Shown piece after piece: positions 1 through 12,915 of a stretch of 64,000 nt of DNA. The notes under the pieces were generated by a model. It had not been told where the DNA came from, ran no database searches, and saw only the letters and a list, made by a program, of their open reading frames with translations. Both the position numbers and the translations under genes were made by a program. The stretch lies in assembly GCA_043228905.1 (NCBI GenBank), contig JBHGNT010000018.1, forward strand, positions 10,974,001 through 11,038,000, given 5' to 3'. How positions within the stretch are numbered: position 1 is the stretch's first letter; each line of letters opens with the position of its first letter. This DNA comes from Azolla caroliniana. Lineage: Eukaryota; Plantae; Polypodiophyta.

Positions 1-1200
1 TAATAACACTCTGTACATACAATGTGCTCAAAGAGTACTTTATACAAGTCCTTACATAGACTGACAGAAGTACTGACAAGTACTTCAATGCTCATACGAG
101 CGATTGACATTGACTCCTAAAAGTATGCCTACATACTAGGCTAGATTCGTAGGCCTCTAACGGCCTACCGGTTACAATCCGATCTGTTGCTGGTTTTGGA
201 TACCATCCGGACATCGATCCGGCTCTGGCTTATTCAATCGATCCGGATCCGGTTGAGCTTGTTTGGTAAACACTTCCCCTCAAGCTCAACTTGAGGTTGG
301 ACCACAATGTCTGTGTCTGTGGTAGCTGCTCCTCTCCTTTGGCTCCACTTGGCGTCTTCCTGCCTTGCTCACGATCCTCGACCGGTCCAGTTCTGCTTTC
401 CTCGACCCGTCCGGTTCCGTGCTCCTCGACCTTCGCAGTAGACTTGCATGCTCATAAGGCCCTTCTCAACTCCTTTGCTTTTGTAACTTCGGCGCTTCTC
501 GGCCTATCGGTTCCTCTGTGTTGGAGTCGGTGTCGGCTTCCATTGCCTTCTCATCCGTTTGGCCGTCAGTTTATTCGACTGCGTTTGATTTGTTCCATTT
601 CTTGTCCGAATTGGCTGTCTCCAAGTCGTCCTCAGTCTTCAGAACCTTCACGACATCGGACCATGTTTGTGTCTTGGTCTTCCCGACTTTGACTCCCCTT
701 TTTTCGGTTGGCTTCGGCTTGGGCTCTCTGTTCCGGTGGCTCCCCCTATGTCTGGTCTCGACTTCTTCAGTCGTCTCGTGCACTCCGACTTCTTCAGTCG
801 GGCCGAAATCGAAATTAGTTTCCAACTTAGATTTTCAGTCGTCTTCCTTTATCTTCCTTTCATTCCTCCCCCTCATGTTTGACATATTGAGGTACTGCAC
901 ACCCATTGCACAGGAAAATTGCCGCAACTTGTCTAAGCCGAGGGGTTTGGTGAAGATATCGGCTACCTGTCGATTTGTCGGAACATGCAACAGTTCCACT
1001 TCACAAGAGAGAATGCGCTCTTAGACAAAGTGGTAATGCACCTCAATGTGCTTTGTCTGGGCATGAAAGACGGGGTTCTTTGCCAACTGGATGCTGCTGA
1101 GGTTGTTGCAATAGATCGTCGTCGGATCAAACACATCCACTTGCAGATCTTTCAAGAGCCTCTTGAGCCATATGGCTTCGCATGTCGTGACAGTCGCTCC
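1..1200 (-). mobile_element. Ty1/copia family A copy 1, 3' part: RNase H, C-terminal extension, PPT, 3' LTR (runs off window)
   Basis: Minus-strand RNase H (CEAIWLKRLL..NPVFHAQTKHIEVHYHF, ADIFTKPLG); PPT complement cttcccctcaag 273-284 abuts CA at 271-272; 1-272 resembles LTRs at 3384-3758 and 49085-49501. Confidence 0.9.
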
Positions 1201-2230
1201 TCGGCGGGTCCTTTCCGGGGAAGTTGAACTTGTGTATGTTCCGACGGGTTTGCAGATTGCCGACATCTTCACCAAGCCCCTTGGTCTCGACAAGTTACGG
1301 AATTTCTCGGGTGCGCTTGGATTGTGTCACCTCGACACGCCAAACTTGAGGGGGAGACAGGAATAGGAGCGTGGAAGGACCAGTGGTGACCGCGATGCCA
1401 AGATGGATGAAGAATTCGATTTTTGGCTGGCTGAAGAAGCTGAAGAAGAAAGCAGGGGCCGTAATTGCAAGGAAGAGCCGAAGACAACCGAACAAAAGGG
1501 AAATACAACCAAGAAGGGCGTAAAGGCCAAGACCAAGACGTGGTCTAATGTTGTCAAGGGCCTGGAAACAGAAGCCGAATTGGAGACAACCAATTCGGGC
1601 GAAAGTGGAATTGAATCGGAAGTGACCAATTCAATCAAAATGTTTGCTTCGGACATTACGAATCGATTGAGGGCCAAGCGGAGGAAAGGGCAGCGAAAGA
1701 GGCGCAAACACCGTGATAGCAAGGGAGCTGAGAAGGGCCACATGAGCAGACAAGCCAACCGGAAGGGTCAAAGCGCGCGGAATCGAACAGATTGAGGAGC
1801 GTGAGCGAGGCGTGAAGCCAAGAGAGGCCGGAGTGAAGATCCGGAAGAGCAGATGGAACCTCAAGTTGAGCTTGAGGGGGAGTGTTGAGAGACAAGCTCA
1901 ACATTGGGTGCGTAAATGGGTGCATAACCCAGTGCGTAGACTGGGTGCGTAAAACCGTACGCACAATATGGCCGTAGCGGTGCGTAAACCGAGAGGCCAT
2001 TAGAATGTTATTCCTCGTAAGGAATAATTTTGGGAGTAAGTGTAGGATGCTCATTTATAAGCGGTCCAATACTGTAAGTACTTGTCTTAGCCCAATAGTC
2101 AGGGCATGTATAAAAAAGGTGCTCACTGAGCACGAAGTATGTACAGAGAACATACAAAGAATTATTTTTGAATATAGTTTCATTTCTGCTCTCTCTCTAT
2201 CTCTCCCTCTCCTTCTCTGTGATTTCTGTG
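1201..2230 (+). mobile_element. Ty1/copia family A copy 2, 3' fragment: RNase H end, extension, PPT, truncated 3' LTR
   Basis: RVLSGEVELVYVPT..ADIFTKPLG..LRG; PPT cttgagggggag 1871-1882 then TGTTGAG at 1883; LTR has gggtgcgtaaa repeats at 1906-1990. Confidence 0.85.
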
Positions 2231-2232
2231 TT

Positions 2233-3340
2233 TTACAGAACTGTCATACTTCCGCACACGTATTCTTCTACATTACTCATGAACCGGCGAACCACTCTGA
2301 TTGCATATTTGATATCTGGTCGTGTGCATACCATTGCGTACATCAAACTTTCGATGGCAGAGAGGCATATGGAATCTTCATCATTTCTAACTTCTCTATC
2401 TTTTTCTTCGGGCTTTGTTTTCCGGACAACTTGCAATTTGTCAGAAGTGTCGACCCGATCAGCCTAGCACCCGACATGTTGAATCGTGGGAGCACCTTCA
2501 TCACGTACTTCTCCTATGACAGCCACAATAGCTTCTTCGTCTGGTCCCAGACTCTGTGCATCCCCAGTCTCTGTCTCCCCGGACCCATATCTTTCATTGC
2601 GAATGACAAGATCAATGCCTTCTTTAGCACTCCAATTTTGGTTTGGTCCGGTCCGACTATTAGCCTGTTGTCCATGTACAGTAGGAGTATTAGAAAATCT
2701 CCTCCATCAAACTTCTTCACAAACACACAGTGGTCACCCTATGTCTTGTGGTATCCCTGGTCAGTCATGAAGGAGTCGAACTTCCGGTACAATTTCCGGG
2801 GAGCTTGCTTTAATCCGTATAAGCTCTTCTTCAACCGGCACACTAGGTGCTCCTTGCTTTTCTTGATGAATCCTTCCGGTTGTTGCATGTAGATCTCCTC
2901 CTTTAGGTCTCCATGAAGGGACATCGCCTTCACATCTACCTATTCAACCTCGAGGTCCATGCTTGCCGTTATGTTCAGCACGGTCCGGATGGATGTCATC
3001 TTTACTACCGGGGCAATGCACTCATTTCTTCTGCTGGAATCCCTTCACCACAATGCGGGCTTTGTACCTTTGTCGATTTCCGGCATCTCCTAGTTTCAGC
3101 TTGTACACCCACTTGTTCCGGAGCACTCTCTTTCCTTTCGGCAGCTCCGTCAATTCATATGTGTGGTTCTCATGCAGGGAATCCATTTCATCCTACATGG
3201 CACTCAAGCACTTGCGGTTGTGGGTGTCCCTCATTTATTCTTCAAGGCTTTTCGGCTCCCCCTCGTCGGTAAGTAAAACATGCTTTGCATCCGGAAATCT
3301 ACGAGGCATCCTCCTCTCTCTTGGAGGGTATCTCCGTCCT
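2233..3340 (-). pseudogene. Internally deleted copia RT fragment related to family B
   Basis: LHGDLKEEIYMQQPEGF, LKKSLYGLKQAPR, SLMYAMVCTRPDI; collinear with 52700-53830 but with several deletions. Confidence 0.9.
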
Positions 3341-3383
3341 TGGTTCTTGTCAAAGTTAATAAACAAGAGCTTTGACAAAACCA

Positions 3384-6300
3384 GTTACACCGGATAGCAA
3401 CAGAGAATAAACACAGGTTTAATGGAAGCTTAGAATACACAATTCACGGGAGAGACAGAGAGAGCAGAACAATAAACTTAATTCAAAATAATAACAATTT
3501 GTACATACAATGTGCTCAGTGAGCACTTTTATACAAGTCCATGAAGGATTGACAGAAGTACTGACATGTACTTCAATGCTCATACGAGCGATTGACACTG
3601 ACTCCTAAAAATATACATACATACTAGGCTAGATTCGTAGGCCTCTAACAGCCAACCGGTTACAATCCGATCCGGCTCTTTGATCTAGCTCCTGGTTTCG
3701 GACACTGATCCGATTCTTCATTCCGGACTCCGATCCGATTTAGCTTCTCCTCTCAACACTCCCCCTCAAGCTCAACTTGAGGTCGGATCGCAGTGTCAGT
3801 GTTCATGTCGGCCGGTTCTTTCCTCCGGCTCCACCTAGAGTCCTCCTGCTTGGCTCGCACTCCTCGTTCGGTCTAGTTCGTCTTCCCGCGACGCTTCCGC
3901 TTCCGCGCACCTTGACCTTCTTAGTCGGCATGTCTACTCAGAAGGCTCATCTCAGTTCCTTTGCTATTGCGACTCCAGCGCGTCTCGACTCGTCGGTTCC
4001 TCCGTGTTGGTGTCAGCTTCCACTGCCTCTTTGTCCATTTGGCCTTCAGTTGATCCAGATCCTCCGAATCCAACACCACTTTCGAATCGGGTGACTCCGA
4101 TTTGTTCCAGCTCTTGTCCGAATTGGCTGTCTCCAATTCGTCCTCAATCTTCAGGCCCATTACCACATCAGACCATGTCCGGGTCTTGGTCTTCTGGTCG
4201 GCTCTGTCCTTCTTGACTCTGCCGCCATCGCCACTTGTTCTGACTTTACTGAATGTGCCGATTTCTACAGTCGACTCGACTTCCTTTTCCTTTTTCTTCT
4301 TGTCTCCCCCTGTTTTCCCGCTTTTCGTTCCGGTTCCAATTCTCCCCATATCAGTACCGGTTCTCCCCCTCAAGTGTGGCATATCGAGATTCTAAAGACC
4401 AAGCATCTCCTAAAAATGATGCAACTTGTTGGTCCCAAGGGCCTTCGTGAAGATGTCAGCAACCTGTCGATCCGTCCGGACATACCAGAGTTCTACTTCG
4501 CCGTTGAGGACCCGCTCGCGCACAAAGTGATAATGCACTTCTATGTGCTTCGTCCGAGCATGGAACACAGGGTTCTTGACTAGCTACATGCTGCTCATGT
4601 TGTCGTAGTAGATCAGGATTGGAGTTGGAACTTCGATCTAGACGTCTTGTAGTAGCCGCCGAAGCCAGATGGCTTCACAGGTGGCAACGGTAGCGCTCCG
4701 ATATTCAGCCTTAGTGTTCGATAGGGCCACTGTCAGCTGCTTTTTGCTGCTCCACACAATAGCCGCGCTACCTAGAGAGAACATAAATCTGAAAGTGGAT
4801 CACCGATCAGGCGCATCTCCGGCGTAGTCGGCATCTGTATATCCAACTAGCTTCTCGGTTATACCACGTCGATATAACAATCCCCGGTCCTTAGTGCCAC
4901 TAACATACCTCAGTATTCGGTGCACCTAATGAAGGTGCTCCATAGTCGGCTTTTGCATGAACTAACTTATCGCTCTAACCGGATAGCTAATGCCGGCTCG
5001 GGTGATCGTCAAATAAATAAGGCTTCCAACAATTTGTTGGAACCATTTCTCATCGTAGGCCGGTCCGGAGTCGGGACAAAGCTTTAGGTTCTGGTCCAAG
5101 GGTGTGGAGACTAATTAGGAATCGGTCATGCCGAACTTGTACAACATATTCAGCACATAGTGTCACTTAGAGAGCAATATGTTGTCAGGGGTGTGGATCA
5201 CTTCGATCTCGAGGAAGTAATGAAGGTCCCCCAAGTCCTTCATTTTGAATGCATCCGAATGTTGGGACTTCACTTGGCCGATTTCAGCGAGGCCGGGTCC
5301 GGTGATGACTAAATCATCCACATATAGTAGGATACATACCCGACCTTTCGGACCTTTCCGGATGAACAATGAAGAGTCGGACTTGGAGGCCGCAAACCCC
5401 ATCTTACGTAACCAGTGTGTGATTTTTGGGTTTGAAGCACCGGGAGCTTGCTTCAGGCCGTAAAGAGACTTCTTGAGTCGGCAAAATGCCAACTTGTTCA
5501 TCTCTGACAAAAATCCGGGGGGTTGGATCATGTAGAGCTATTCTTCAAGATCGCCTTGAAGAGATGCATTCTTCAAATGCATTTGGTGAAGATGGCATCC
5601 CCTTGCCGCATGAACCGCTACACCACACAAACCGTCATATTCGCTACAGGAGGGAAGGTCTCGTCATAGTCAATTCCATTGGTCTACGCATATCCTTTGG
5701 CCACTAACCGGGCCTTGTACCAGTTGACTGAACCTTCAGCATTATACTTCACCTTGTACACCCACTTGCAACTGATCGGTTTGCAATGTTGGGGAGGGTC
5801 AACCAGGTCCCATGTGTCATTGGCATCAAGTGCCCACATCTCTTCTTCCATTGCGGCACGCCAATTTGCATCCTTTGTGGCTTCTACGTAACTCTCCGGC
5901 TCACGCACCTCCGCCACTTTCGTCATGTATGCATAGTGATGTTGCATGTACTCATTATATCCATACCTTTTTACGGGGTTCTTCTGGCGGGTGGATCCGC
6001 GTAACTTCTCATTAGCCGATTTCAAGGCCCTCTTGGTCGGATCAAACTTCATCTCCGATGGTCTATCTTTGTTCTATCCGGAGTCGGATTGCTCCTATCC
6101 GACTCGTCTCTGTCAGTGGTGTATTCGGGCATGTTCTTCTTCCCCTTCTCTTTGTGTGTGAACCGTCCCCTTGGTACCTTACGCGGGGAGAGCACAATTG
6201 AGTCTCCACTACTCGCCGACTCTTCATTTGACTGGTAATTCCGACTTAGTCGCTCATTCCACTCACTTAGTCGGAATGAGATCAGAGTCTCATCTAGAGT

Positions 6301-7037
6301 ACCAAATCTTTCTTCATCCTCTGCCCCGGATCATTTCGGTCTCACTGGCCTCATCCTTCAAAATCGGGTCAGAGTCGAACAATGGAGTCGGTAGAGAGTA
6401 CCATGATGCCGACTCATCAAATTCGACATCTCGGCTCACTCGAACTTGTTTTGTTCGGGGGTTATAATAGTTATAACCCTTTTGCTCATGTGAGTAGTCG
6501 ACAAGCATGCACTGCTCTGACATTGGCCCAACTTTCTCCGCTTTTCATTCGGCAGATGCACATATGCAATGCTACTGAATATCTTAAGGTGCCTTAAATT
6601 TGGCTTCCGCCCGAAATACAGCTCGTGTGCTGACACCTTATCCCCGATCTGGTTTTGGATGTAGACGGTCGTCCGAACCGCTTCAGCCTAGTAGAACTTG
6701 GGCATGCTCTTCTCTTCCAACATTGCCCGTGCCGCCTCCACAATTGACCGGTTCTTCCTTTCGGCCACGCCATTTTGTTCCGGTGTGTATCAACAGCTGA
6801 ATTCCCTCCAAATTCCTTTCTGCTACAAATAATTGTTGAATTGGCCGGAAAAATATTCTTTTCTGCCATCCGAACACAAGCACTTGATTTTCCTTTCCGT
6901 TTCCCATTCTATAAGACTTTGTAGGTTCCGGAAACAATCGAAAACTTCACTTTTCCATTCGATTAGGTAGATCCATGTATGCCGGCTATAGTCGTCGATG
7001 AAGGAGATGAAATATCGGCTCCCGTCAAGACTAACTA
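3384..7037 (-). mobile_element. Ty1/copia family A copy 3 (INT-RT-RH-extension-PPT-3' LTR), degenerate, 5' end lost
   Basis: KWVYKVKYN..KARLVAKGY, LLYVDDL, INT fragments; PPT complement 3759-3770; LTR about 3384-3758 ending ctcaaca; left edge approximate. Confidence 0.9.
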
Positions 7038-7671
7038 TGTCGTGCCTTTCGGCTCCGGATCGTTGCGTGAGTCGGGTGGGAACCGCCGAGGTTTTTGACT
7101 AGGAGGAAGAGGAATACAACTTAAGGCTAGTTATGAATAGTGGAAAGAGAAGTAAGATAGCAATCTCGTGAATCCCACGAATGTATTAGATTGATCAATC
7201 CTTGTATATTAATCAACAACCTTATACATATTTCTCTCCTCCTTATATAAAGATGGAAGAGGCTAAGCATGGCTTCATGCTTTTTCACCAAAAGTGTCCA
7301 TGCACACTAAATGTGCATGTGATGCTTTGTCATTTCCTAAGTATAGGGCTCATGCACGCTAGATGTGCATGAGTCACTTTTAATGTCACGTGTAAATAAA
7401 ATATTCACACCCTAAAGAATACATGATTTTTACCTTTTAATAAAGGTATGTGTAAATAAAGGTCTTATACATATTAAATCTATATGTATAACACTAAAGA
7501 TAAGTTATTACAATGGTAAAGTTGGGGTTTATATACGTGGAGGTGCAGGGTTCGAATCCTACCCTATGCACATGATAAATGTTTTGATATATTATTTATT
7601 TATTTATATGTATCTAAAATTCGATATATTATTTTATGGTTTTCACGTAGTGTGTGGAATACACTACGACA
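7038..7671 (-). repeat. 3' LTR of gypsy C1
   Basis: TGTCGT..ACGACA termini; homologous to 58048-58881; purine tract adjacent at 7672-7688. Confidence 0.88.
7503..7570 (+). promoter_or_regulatory. tRNA-like A/B-box module inside LTR (antisense to element)
   Basis: caatggtaa followed by GGTTCGAATCC at 7549-7559, tRNA-like spacing. Confidence 0.6.
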
Positions 7672-8229
7672 CTCGTCCCCTCCGAACCCGCACATCCTCC
7701 GGTATGTGCCGAAGTTCTCGATTCCTCATATCCGTCTTCACCCAAAGCTTCCTCCGATTCTCCCCTTATGTCGACTATGAGTTGTAATTCACTTTCTTCG
7801 CTTCCTGCATCACCGTGGTCTTCGTCCGATTGCTCCTCGTTGTCGGCCTTGGCTTGGATCACATAGGGTTTGTCGTTGGTCCGCTTCTTGAAAATCTATG
7901 CACATGATAAATGTTTTGATATATTATTTATTTATTTATATGTATCTAAAATTGGATATATTATTTTATGGTTTTCACGTAGTGTGTGGAATACACTACG
8001 ACACTCATCCCCTTCGAACCCGCACATCCTCCGGTATGTGCCGAAGTTCTCGATTCCTCATATCCGTCTTCACCCAAAGCTTCCTCCGATTCTCCCCTTA
8101 TGTCGACTATGAGTTGTAATTCACTTTCTTCGCTTCCTGCATCACCGTGGTCTTCGTCCGATTGCTCCTCGTTGTCGGCCTTGGCTTGGATCACATAGGG
8201 TTTGTCGTTGGTCCGCTTCTTGAAAATCT
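7566..8229. repeat. 332-bp tandem duplication spanning LTR start, PPT and INT 3' end
   Basis: 7566-7897 is nearly identical to 7898-8229 (duplicate ORFs at 7566/7898 and 7654/7986). Confidence 0.95.
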
Positions 8230-10696
8230 TCACCCGCTTCCCGGCTATAGGCACTCGTAGTATTGTTCCATCCAACTCGGACAGTCGGTACGTTCCGTTG
8301 TCGAAGACTTTCTGAACCTCGTATGGCCCGAACCACCTTTTCGCGAATTTCCGCATCGTTGTATGTTGATGGTCCAAACTACTGTCATAGACGATCACCC
8401 AATCTCCTTCTTCAATCCTCCTCGGTCGTAGTCAGTGCTTTGTGTCGAACCGGCTTTTGTTCCGGAATTGTGCTTCTTGTTGTCGGTGTATTGCTTCTGC
8501 TATGTCTGCCGGTCTTCCCTCTAGTTGTCGTATCCGGACTGCTAGTAGTTCTTCTCGGCTCATCTCTTCCTTCCACGGTAGCACTGTCCATGTTGCGATC
8601 GCGGTTTCCGTCGGCATTACCAGTGCTTGTCCGGTCATGAGTTCTGCTGGCATGTAACCGGTTACGAAGCTATGCGTTGTCCGATCCGCCCATAGTGCAT
8701 ACGGAAGCATCTGCGGCCAGTCCTTCACCTTTCCATCGCATGCCTTCGCAAGTGTTTTCACGATCGGACTATGTCCTCGTTTGATTTTCCCGTTGGCCTC
8801 CGGATTGTATGCCGTTGTCAGCGATGACCGAACTCCGTGTTTGGCGAAGAATCCCCTAGCTTTGTCCGAGTCGAGTTCTCCCCGGTCCGCAATCACTTGT
8901 CCTACGCACCCGTACCTGCAAAATACTTCCTCCAAAAGAAATTGGCATACCGCGGAACACGTTTTCCTTTGAAGCGCTCGACCTTCTACCTGATTCGTGA
9001 GATCTTCTCGAGCTAATACCAAGTATTTCTTTTGTCCGATCCCGGTCAGCATGGCCACTATGTCGACCATCCACTTGAAGTTGATTGTCGGTGAGAATGT
9101 CAGATGTAACTCATCTCGATGTCGAACCCCGGAGTAGACTTGACATTTCTCGCAGCTTTCTGTGAACTCCGCGATATCTTTGTACATTTTCTTCCACCAA
9201 TATTTTTGCTTGATCTTCACAAATGTTGCCCATGTTCCTCGGTGTCCAGCCCAATTGGATTCGTGAAACTCAGACATTATCTGGTTTCGTTGCTCTTTTG
9301 TCCCGACTACTCAAAGTGGTATACCATCCGGTCTTTTCGGCGCCCTCCATATTAATCCGTTTTCCAAGAAGAACTTTTGGACTTGCCTCTTCTTCCTTCG
9401 GATCTCGGCTCTTCTTCCTTTATCGTTTGTTGAATCCTCGGCCTCTTGTAACATCTTTCCGATCATCAAGCTTTCTCCCTCGTATTCTTCTTCCTGGAAT
9501 TCTCGGATTACGTTCACTCGGCATATGTGCTCCGATGCGAAGTAGTCTTCGGAAACTTCTTCATTATCCGATTCGGTTATGTCGTCTCCGAACCGAGCCC
9601 TTGATAACATATCCGCTACCGCGTTGTCCTTCCCCGAGATGTGTCGAACCTCCGGATTAAGCGACTTGACATATGCAACCCACCTTAGCATAGCTACATC
9701 CGGTATCGTACAACACCGCATCATCCCGAGTATCGGAAGACAATCCGTCTCGATCACCACTTCGGCGAAGCAGAATGATGTCGGTGCATCCGGCGCACCG
9801 GACAAGGCCAAGAAGGCCGGTTATCGGTTGAGCACAGAGATCGAAAGGACCAAGGACTTATGAAAGGTTATGGAGGAACAAATCCTCGACAACAAAGTGG
9901 AGCTGTCGTTGAGGGAAGTGCTCGATATCGCCAAGAAGGAGTTCCACGACTCCATCGTAGACTTGGTGAAGCGAAAAAGGCTTTCGACGGAGCCGGAGCC
10001 GGAGAAGCCGGTGGAGGTGCGAACGACGCACCTAGAAGACATGGCCGTGGAGGACGAATTGGTGGAAAGCCACTACTCGAGGCTACACTGGGCTAGGGCC
10101 ACTACGGAAACCCTTGTTCGGACCGGGGACGTCCAGGAGCCAGTGGTGGCGTTGGTAGACCACGGTTCGGAGATCAACTTGATTTCCATAGACTTCTACA
10201 AGAAGGGAAAGTGGCCGACCAACACCAAGCACGGGTGGAAGATACGGGCAGCAACGCGCGCCACGGAGGAGCTACACGGAGCCTACCCGCATGTATGAGT
10301 GAAAATCAGCGATGTCAAGATCGATCAACAGTTCTTCGTGTAGGAGACGTCCTCACATCCGGTGATACTCGAAGAACCGTACATCACGGCGGCACGGATG
10401 GAGACAAAGGTGTTGGACAACGGTTCGGCATATGCACGAGTCAAGAGCCAGGATGGGCGTCACTCGGTCTAGTTCCTGACGGTGCGACCGAACCATGAGC
10501 GTAACCGCGAGACCCTCCGTGGTGAAACCCGAGGGAATTTTAAGACAGGGCTATCAAGGCGTGGGGCCGCAATAGTCCGGACACCCCGGAAAAACCCCAC
10601 AGATGTACTATAGGCAAAAAGACCTGCACCATAGGTAGGAAATTTTGGTTCTCCGATAGCGGAGGTTGTGCGATAGCCGGCGTAGTTGACCGGGAA

Positions 10697-11941
10697 ATGA
10701 AGCGGGCAGAGGAGCGACTTCGGGCATGCAGAGTCCTCGGCCCTGAAGAGGAAATCAATGGAGCCGTGAAGGCGGTCTCTTTTGACGACACCTTGGGGAA
10801 GTTACGGGAGGTGTTCGGAGAAGGCCTTAATGAGAACCGGACGATTCCGGTATGTTCGGAAAGGATGTACGAAGTCATCGCCAACTTCGGTAATGGACTC
10901 GAGTGGGATCGGACGGCCCGAGTGGATACGAAGTACAAGACTGTGGACCGGAAGGTGAGGCCAGTTGTGGCACCCTTGCCGAAGGGCAGCGAGTCACGGA
11001 TAAAGGGGGTCGTGTCGGACCCAAGTTTACAAGATCCGGCCAGCATAGGACACACGTTCACCGACATAACGCTACGGGAGCTCAAGATCGGTGGGGGTGG
11101 CTTTCTACTGCCGGCGGAAGAGGACCAGTTTTGGAGAATGCTCGGGAGGCACAGGAAGGATTTCACATTCTCACCGGAGGAGATCGGGTGCGTAGACCCG
11201 ACGGTTGTGGAACCAATGGTGATCTTCACGGTACCGCATGTGCTGTGGAATCTCAAACCGATTCCGGTACCGAGAGCTCACATCCTGAAGCTGATGGAGC
11301 TGCTGAAACAGAAGGTGGAGATGGGCATCCTCGAACCGTTGAGTGCCCCATACTCGAATCGGTGGTTTACCATGCCAAAGAAGAACGACACGTTGCGCTT
11401 TATTCAAGTCCTGCAGCCGGTCAACAAGGTGACCATTCGGAACATAGGAATCAGACTGACCATAGACGAGTTCGTGGAGGCCTTCACCGGAAGGTTGATT
11501 TACTCAGTCGGTGATCTGTACTCGAGGTACGCTCAGTTCCAACTAGCTGTGGAGAGTAGGGACATTACGACGATGCGGACTCCTCTCGGCCTAGTGCGGA
11601 TGTGTACCCTCCCGCAAGGAGGGACAAAATCGGTCGCCCACATGGTGAACGCAATGAACAAAGTGTTGAGGGATTGTATCCCAGACATCACCATGCCGTT
11701 TCTGGATGACATCCCGATCAAAGGATGTCTGGTGGAGGACAAGGACGAGTTGGTCGGGCCTGACGGCTGCCGGAGGTTCGTGACGGATCACATCCGCGAC
11801 TGCGAGAAGGTGCCACATAGACTCGAGAGCACGCGACTCACCTTCTCTGGAGAAAAATCAGCCTTCGGACAGCCGGAGATCCTGGTAGTCGGACACCTCT
11901 GTGGGCCTTACGGCCGGAAGCCGTCCCCGGCGAAGGTATAA
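10697..11941 (+). pseudogene. Gypsy C2 reverse transcriptase segment
   Basis: PYSNRWF..PKK, DLYS.Y.Q, CTLPQG, PFLDD; premature stops downstream. Confidence 0.9.
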
Positions 11942-12915
11942 GCCATCTCCGCGACGAAGGATGATTGCGGGTCGGTTACGGAGGTCCGAAGGATCCTGGG
12001 GGCATGAACGTTCTACCATTTCTGGATCCCGCATTACACCCACGTCGTGGAGCCGCTCTATGGGTTGCTGAAAAAGGGCTAAATTCGAGTGGAGAGACAA
12101 GCATACGGAATCGGTCCGGAAGATGAAAGAAGCACTTGCCGTGGCACCGCGCTCCGAAAGGCTGTCTACAGCAAAGTCACTTCGATTTACGTGACCGTGG
12201 ACATGAGTCCGACCGGGATCAGATGGGTGATCAACCAAGAGGATGATGATGGCGCAAGGTTCCCCATCCGATTTGGCGTGAAAATTCTCATTGAGCGACA
12301 GCGAGGATACGCCCAAGTTAAACGCGAACTCCAGGGTATCGTTTCAGCGGTCAAGGCCGATAATGACTACCTGATCAGGACTGAGGTGATAATCGAGACG
12401 GACTGCCTATCGATTCTTGGCATGGTTTTCGGATGCACGACGCCGGACCTGGCAATGCTCAGGTGGATAGCATACATCAAGTCCCTGAATCTGGAAATAC
12501 TATACATTTCCGGAAAAGATAATGCCATGGCTGACATGCTTTCGAGAGCGAGGTTCGATGACAAGGAAGGCATGGTTTCGGAGGACGAGGAAGTCGGCGT
12601 GGACTTCTTCGAGGTGGCTTACATAACAACAAGAAAGGGGAGCACTCCCGCGCTTAACAAATTCGACAAGAGCAAGTACGATGAGGAGTGGCTCCAGATC
12701 GGCGAGTTCCTGAAGACAATGACACCGGACTCGGCATGCACGAAGGGAGAAACGAACCGGATTCGGAAGAAAGCGTACCGATGCTTCCTTCAGGACGGGA
12801 GCATATGGAAGCACCCGAAGAAGAGAAACGGCATCCCGCTCTGAGTGGTGGTGAAGAAAGAGGAACAGGAAGAATTGTTGACGGCATACCACGAGAGTCC
12901 CTGGGCCGGAAACCG

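Larger units (their letters stand above)
7038..9766 (-). mobile_element. Ty3/gypsy family C copy 1, 3' half (RH end, INT, PPT, 3' LTR)
   Basis: INT with H..H..C..C (FHESNWAGHRG..CEKC), DRGE and GPY motif; closely similar to 62780-64000. Confidence 0.92.
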
